Origin: Octopus sinensis | Taxonomy: Eukaryota | Direction: 5' to 3' | DNA length: 64,000 nucleotides | Assembly: GCF_006345805.1 (NCBI RefSeq) | Contig: NC_043001.1 | Location: forward strand, 120,342,001 to 120,406,000 | Shown: positions 58,241 through 64,000 of the stretch, one piece after another | Numbering within the stretch: the stretch's first letter is position 1 | How the letters are laid out: every line of letters starts with the position of its first letter | The notes under the pieces: model-generated | What the model was told of the DNA's origin: nothing | What the model saw: only the letters and a program-made list of their open reading frames with translations | Database searches by the model: none | Position numbers and translations under genes: made by a program

Positions 58241-59084
58241 ATGCAGGAGTAGGAGGGGCCGGCGTATGCAGACAATGTAGCTGTCGCTAGATTTTCACAG
58301 TGAATTAACTAGCATGATACTTAGCAGCTCTAATTCTAATGAGCCAAATGAAATGAAGATTTTTTTCACCTCATTTAAATCGTTAAATAAATCCTACACC
58401 AACAGAAATCGCTATGAATATGTGTATTAATATGAGTGCTTTCCTGTCATCGAAATATATATATATGTACGTATATGCGAAATATGGATAGATGGATGGA
58501 GGGATATATGGATGGATGGATGATAGACATGTATATGTGTATATGCGTATATATATATATATATATTATATATATGATGGTGTGTGTGTGTGTGTGACTG
58601 TGTGTATTTATATATGGATGTAATATATATATATATATATATATATCTGTATATTTAAATATATATATATTTATTTATATATGCATGTATGTATGTATAT
58701 AAATATATGTGTGTCTATATATGTGTGTGTATGTGTGTGTATGCATGCCTCTATGTATCCATGTATGCATGCATCTGCGCGCACGCACGCGTGTGTGTGT
58801 GTGTGTCTGTATGTTTGTATGTGTATTTTCCAATCTGTTGGTTATCATACGGCGTGACATTTCTCTTCTCGAAACACCTGTTGCCTTGGCGACTGTTTCT
58901 TCAAGCAGTGTCTACACGTTAGGCTCTCTCCACTGAACGCTACAATGGATGGCTATAAGGTGCGTCGTGTCAGAAGCCGAGATCTATGCACGTCCACATT
59001 CTTTTCTTTGTATTTATACATTTTTTTTTTGAAGTTAGAAGCTTAGAAAATTAGAATTAGAAGAGAATCTGGTTTTTATAACAA

Positions 59085-59395
59085 TATTGTTTTCAAATTT
59101 TGGTACAAGGCCAGCAATTTCGGAGGAGTGTACCAGTCGATTATATCGACTACAGTGTTTAACTTGTGCTATTTTTTCTACTTTCTACTATACGCACAAG
59201 GCCTGAAATTCTTGGGGGAGGGAGACTAGTCAATTACATCGACGCCAGTGTTCAACTGATTTATTTCATCGACCCTGGAAGAATAAAAGGCAAAATTGAC
59301 CTCGGCGGAATTTGAACTCAGAACGTAAAGACGGGCGAGATGCCGCTAAGCATTTAGTTCAGCGCGCTAACGATTCTGCTAACTCACTGCCTTAA
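59085..59395 (-). mobile_element. SINE family B: a partial tail copy plus a near full-length copy
   Basis: Two tail variants (ggtacaaggccagcaattt; gcacaaggcctgaaatt) and head ...gcgcgctaacgattctgctaactcactgcc. Confidence 0.85.
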
Positions 59396-59820
59396 AGATT
59401 ACAATCGGGTATTTTAGTAACAATATAAATAATAATTATAACTAATAATATTTTAAAATTTTACCAGCCACACTGGCCGCATAAATATGCACAGAAGTTT
59501 ACAAATGCGAGATTGCAAAAAGACACACACAAACTCGTACACACACACACACACACAGACACATGCACACACACACACATGCACACACACACACACGTGC
59601 ACACACACACACACGTGCACACACACGCACGTACACACACACACACATATATGCATGCATATATATATCACAAGGGCTACAAACTTTTGTTAGATTCATT
59701 AAATTCATTAGTTCGGAGAGCTTTGGCTGAAAGGACACAACGATGTTGAAACACTGGATATTCCAATGTTTCCTTACTCTAATGAATCGAGTATGATATG
59801 AACAGACATTCGTCTGAAAA

Positions 59821-60374
59821 TATTGGGTTGTCCGGAAAGTTCGTGCCGATTTATAGTAGCTTACCTTTCGACTTATTTTAGAACATGGTTGAGTCCATAA
59901 AATAGGATTTGACTTTAGAGCACAGTTTAAGCTATCTTTTCGTGGAAGAAGGTTTATGTTCCTATAACCTGTGTTAATTCTGTAACCCTTTAAAATGGAA
60001 GATAAGGAAGTTCATTTTCGGCACTTGATGTTTTGGGGATCTGACAAAAATTGCTCCAGTTCAGCTGGGATGTATTATCCCACCGTCCATATTTACCAGA
60101 TATTGCTCCTTCGGATTTCCACTTATTCAGGTCTCTGCAGAATAGTCTTAATGGTAAAAATTGCAATTCCTTGGGTGACGTAAAAAGATACCTTGATGAA
60201 TTATTTGCCATGAAACCACCTCAATTCTGGGAAGTAGGTATTTTCAAATTAAAGAAAAGATGAAAGATGCAACAAAATGGTTCATATTTGGTTGATTAAA
60301 AATGTAATGGCAAGTATTTATTGACCTTTTTCCTTCCTTTAAAAACCGGCACGGACTTTCCGGGTAACCCAATA
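59821..60374 (+). mobile_element. Non-autonomous mariner deletion derivative, copy 2
   Basis: Same TIRs, TA flanks and N-/C-terminal fusion as 25572-26140. Confidence 0.92.
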
Positions 60375-60830
60375 GAAGCTGTGCTCAAATCATCAAATAC
60401 AATAACGATTAACATAACCATGTTTGAATCTGCCGAAACATATTAAGAACGAATATGTATGTCATCCTTCTGATTCTCGGTTTTCATCGTGTACATGGAG
60501 ATTTATTATATGTGTGTTTGAGTGTGTGTACATGTGTACGCGTGTGTGTGTGTGCATGTGTATGTATATGTATGTATATATGTATGCATGCATGTATATA
60601 ATCATGTGTCTTCGCATGTATAATATGCACATATATATAAATGTATAAATGTATGTACATATATATATATGATATATATATATATTATATGTATATATAT
60701 AATATATTATATGTATATCTATATATATGTATATATATATATTTCAACAATTGAGGGTAAAATTATTAATTAATCAATTTCACCAAGTATTCAGTATGCA
60801 AAGGGACCATTTAAGGCGAATTCAAATTAT

Positions 60831-61500
60831 TACATTATAAAAAGGCTTAGTAAATAAATTACTTTGCCGCATACTCAACTCATTAGAAATAGCAGCTAAA
60901 AAAACTTTTTAAAACTATTTCTAATACTTAAAGAAAACTCTCTCATATAGTGTTTGCTCAATTCAACTCACGCAAATATGGGGGTAGAGACATTAAAAAT
61001 CAAGTGCAAAGGTTATTTGAGAACGTACGTTTCAAGATTAGTCAAAGTCGACATTTCTATCAACAGCTCAGAACTCCCTGGTTTGGATTTGAAAACACTG
61101 AAAGTGGGAGCATACCCTTTCGGCTTCCTATCGCTTCTGAAGATCTGCTCGTAACTAACAGTGCCAACAAACTCAAAAATGCAAGCGAAGAAGTGTTTTC
61201 AAATCCAAACCAGGGAGTTCTGAGCTGATGATAGAAATGTCGACTTTGACTAATCTTGAAACGTACGTTCTCAAATAACCTTTGCACTTGATTTTTTAAT
61301 GTCTCTACCCCCATATTTGCGTGAGTTGAATTGAGCAAACGTTTCAAGATTAGTCAAAGTCATATTGAGCAAACACTATATGAGAGAGGTTTTCTTTAAG
61401 TATTAGAAATAGTTTTAAAAAAGTTTTTTTAGCTGCTATTTCTAATGAGTTCAGTATGCGGCAAAGTAATTTATTTTACTAAGCCCTTTTATATAATGTA
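60831..61500. repeat. Long near-perfect inverted repeat (~270-bp arms, ~95-bp spacer)
   Basis: 60831-61098 is the reverse complement of 61193-61500, apart from a 34-bp insertion in the right arm. Confidence 0.95.
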
Positions 61501-61622
61501 TATATATATATACTAACTATAGCTGGTAGGAGTGCACACAAATTGTATGGCGGGCGTAAGAGTGGAGAATCAGGAGATATAGTAAGTTACTCGAAAAGTG
61601 ACGATCAGAGGCTATTGTTGCT

Positions 61623-61670
<48 letters not shown>

Positions 61671-61779
61671 GTATTAGTAGTAGTAGTAGTAGTAAAGGTA
61701 GAGAGATTAGCGAGCACGTCGGAATGTCAGAGATTTTGTTGTGTTGAGCGACATCATTCTAATTTGGTCCTTTACTGAA

Positions 61780-62620
61780 TTCGGTCTATGATGTTTGCAT
61801 ATGTAGCAGCAACATTATTCTATTGTGCATGTTTCTTGTGTTTTTGTATAGGGTAGGTATTCGACGGAGGTTGAAATATCTCCTAGCTTTGAAACGGTAG
61901 ATCAGTCTTTGTGATAGAGTCTTTGCTATGTTGAGGATTTTCATTGGCATGGAGGAACACTCTGTAATAACAAGGCTTAGTATCACTGGCTATCTTGAAT
62001 GTTCTAGGTGGATACTCATTATGATTGTGGAGATGAGGTGCGATGATATTTTTCATGGTATGTGTAGTAATCATCTTTGTGCTGCTAAAGGAGACAAAAT
62101 TTACTTGTCTCTTTAAAGGCTGGAAAAAAAGCCATACTCTTCGCAGGTCCTTCGGAAATAGTGAGATGAATACCGTTTTCATTACACTTAAAGTGTTGAA
62201 AAACAACTGCAAAAATATTATGTATTATGAGGGTGAATTACACGGCCATCGTTCTGGAGTAAAAAACAAGGTGTATCGCTCATTGTGGGATCTGCTGAAA
62301 GGACACAACATGATTGATGAAGGGAGGAGACGAGGGACTCTCGAGAATGCTTGAGTTGTGGTAGGACAAGGGTGAACTCCGAAAAGCAGAGGATATTGTA
62401 GTAGAAGAGTAGATGCAAAGGGTGGAAACCGCACGTCTATGGGTCAGAAATATCAGCATGTTTTGGGGTGAATTCATACCAGTCAGTGAACTAGCCTGGC
62501 ATTTTATTGGATGTAACCTAGACATCGAGAGATCTATCACAGCGCATGTTTCTACCTTTGAAAATCCAGAATCTATGTATTGCTCTTCTTATAAGTGCAG
62601 ATAGATATCTTCCAGTCAAG
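61780..62620 (-). pseudogene. Possible highly degenerate Penelope-like remnant (RT C-terminus/GIY-YIG)
   Basis: Weak motif resemblance (PL.YH...VLSADPT; TFKI...); multiple stops and frameshifts. Confidence 0.3.
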
Positions 62621-64000
62621 AATAGTTTTCTCATTGTCGAAAACTGTCTTTGGTGTTATACCATTTATTTCCAATTCTGATGTGCATAACATATTTCAGT
62701 ATTAATAATCTGCTGTGATGGTTTGCTAGAAGCGGCAGCGCTTCGAGTTCAAATCCGATCCAGGTGCAGTTTGATTTTTATTCAGCGGAAGTCAATTAAA
62801 TAAATATTAGACCAAGTAATCGAATCGATATAATTGACTAACAAAAAAATGAAGGTGGTCTCCCAACATCGGTGCAGGGACTGAAACCGGTTAAAGGGGA
62901 GGAAAAAACGTTGATATTACCAATGAAAAGAACTACCTCCTTCATCATATCTGTGAATATATGTTATCTTTGCTTGAAGTTTTCTTCTGAAATGAGACGG
63001 TAAATTGCTTATTGGTTCATAGCCTACAGCTCGCATTTTTTGTTCAATAACTTTAATCTGGTAGCTCTTAATGATTAAGCATTGATCTTGAGCAGTTAAA
63101 AATAACTACATTTGTGATATTTTGGCTTTCATATTAGTTCACTTCCTTCATTGTCAGATATTGACAATGAATGAATTGTATTTTCCATTATTATGGCTTA
63201 CTATAACTCTTTGGATATACACAATGACTTTATAGTTTTTTTTCTCTCGGTATATTTAGCTTTCTATTGTTCTATTACATACAGAAAGAAAGTATTTTTT
63301 ATTGTATTTTCCATGGTCTATAAGAATACTAACCAGTTTAATTTTCGATTCTTGAAACTATTTTTCTAGATCAAATAAGGTTATTTTATATTATCTATTT
63401 GTATCAGGCGACTTCCATCACGTGCTTAGGGTAGTGAGCTCAGAATAATGCCAATAGATTTCTTTACCTATCTAGGCTCTTCACTTCATTCTATTTGGAA
63501 ACTGTGTTGTTATTGTTGTTGTTGTGGTTGTTGTGGCGATGGTGGTGGTGGAGGTTTGTGCTACAACTGTTGGTGATTGTGTGTGTGTGTGGAGATGTGA
63601 TAATCGTAGTGTTTTGAGGAAAAAATGGACGTGTTCAAACAGATCCTAGAAAGAAGCGAATAATTATTCTATGCATCCTGAAAAATATGTTTTGGAGGAG
63701 ATGCTTTGGAACATCTCCATTATTCCTCTCTTCATCTTGGGATTGAAAAAAATAAAGTCTGCTGTTGGAAATTTTTCTATATACCTTTTTGTAAATATTT
63801 GCTTGTTGGGATAACAAAATCCTCACCTAGTTCAAACGCCAAACATTTTGAAAAGTCTTCGAACATTTGTAAGCAAGAACATGGATTTAAAAAGCATGAA
63901 ATTGAAAAATGAAAATAAGCAATAACACGTCTTAAACAGACCGTTATTAGCACTACGCAAAAAATAGCAATTTCACACACAAACCAATAAGCGAAGCACT

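Noticed and set aside
61224-61240. Hammerhead core CTGATGA...GAAA (also near 1476 and 45880)
   Set aside because: No stem II or flanking stems; the sister arm and other family copies lack the core.

Overview
AT-rich, microsatellite-saturated eukaryotic genomic DNA with no confidently recognisable host gene; it looks intronic or intergenic. The tRNA-derived SINE families and the extreme (TA)n/(GATA)n/(CATA)n/(ATT)n density suggest an Octopus (coleoid cephalopod) genome, which is an inference. Content: (i) a 5'-truncated, frameshifted CR1/L2-group APE-RT LINE in a (TA)n tract (2354-5665); (ii) three R4/Dong-like RLE LINE subfamilies, all abutting (TAA)n in the same relative orientation: a near full-length copy (34679-38630), a 5'-truncated sister (48515-50879), an internally deleted relative (15705-17871) and a 3' fragment (40417-40700); (iii) four copies of an unclassified ~550-bp non-coding element found only inside (TAA)n, a candidate Dong-dependent non-autonomous partner; (iv) internally deleted Tx1/L1 and HERO elements and Penelope-like remnants; (v) two copies of one internally deleted mariner; (vi) many copies of three tRNA-derived SINE families; (vii) several long inverted repeats/foldbacks, a 648-bp tandem duplication and a ~3.3-kb GAT/GGT higher-order repeat containing a 100-N gap. 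Most long ORFs in the track are microsatellite artefacts. All TE family calls rest on motif recognition, not database searches, and many boundaries are approximate.
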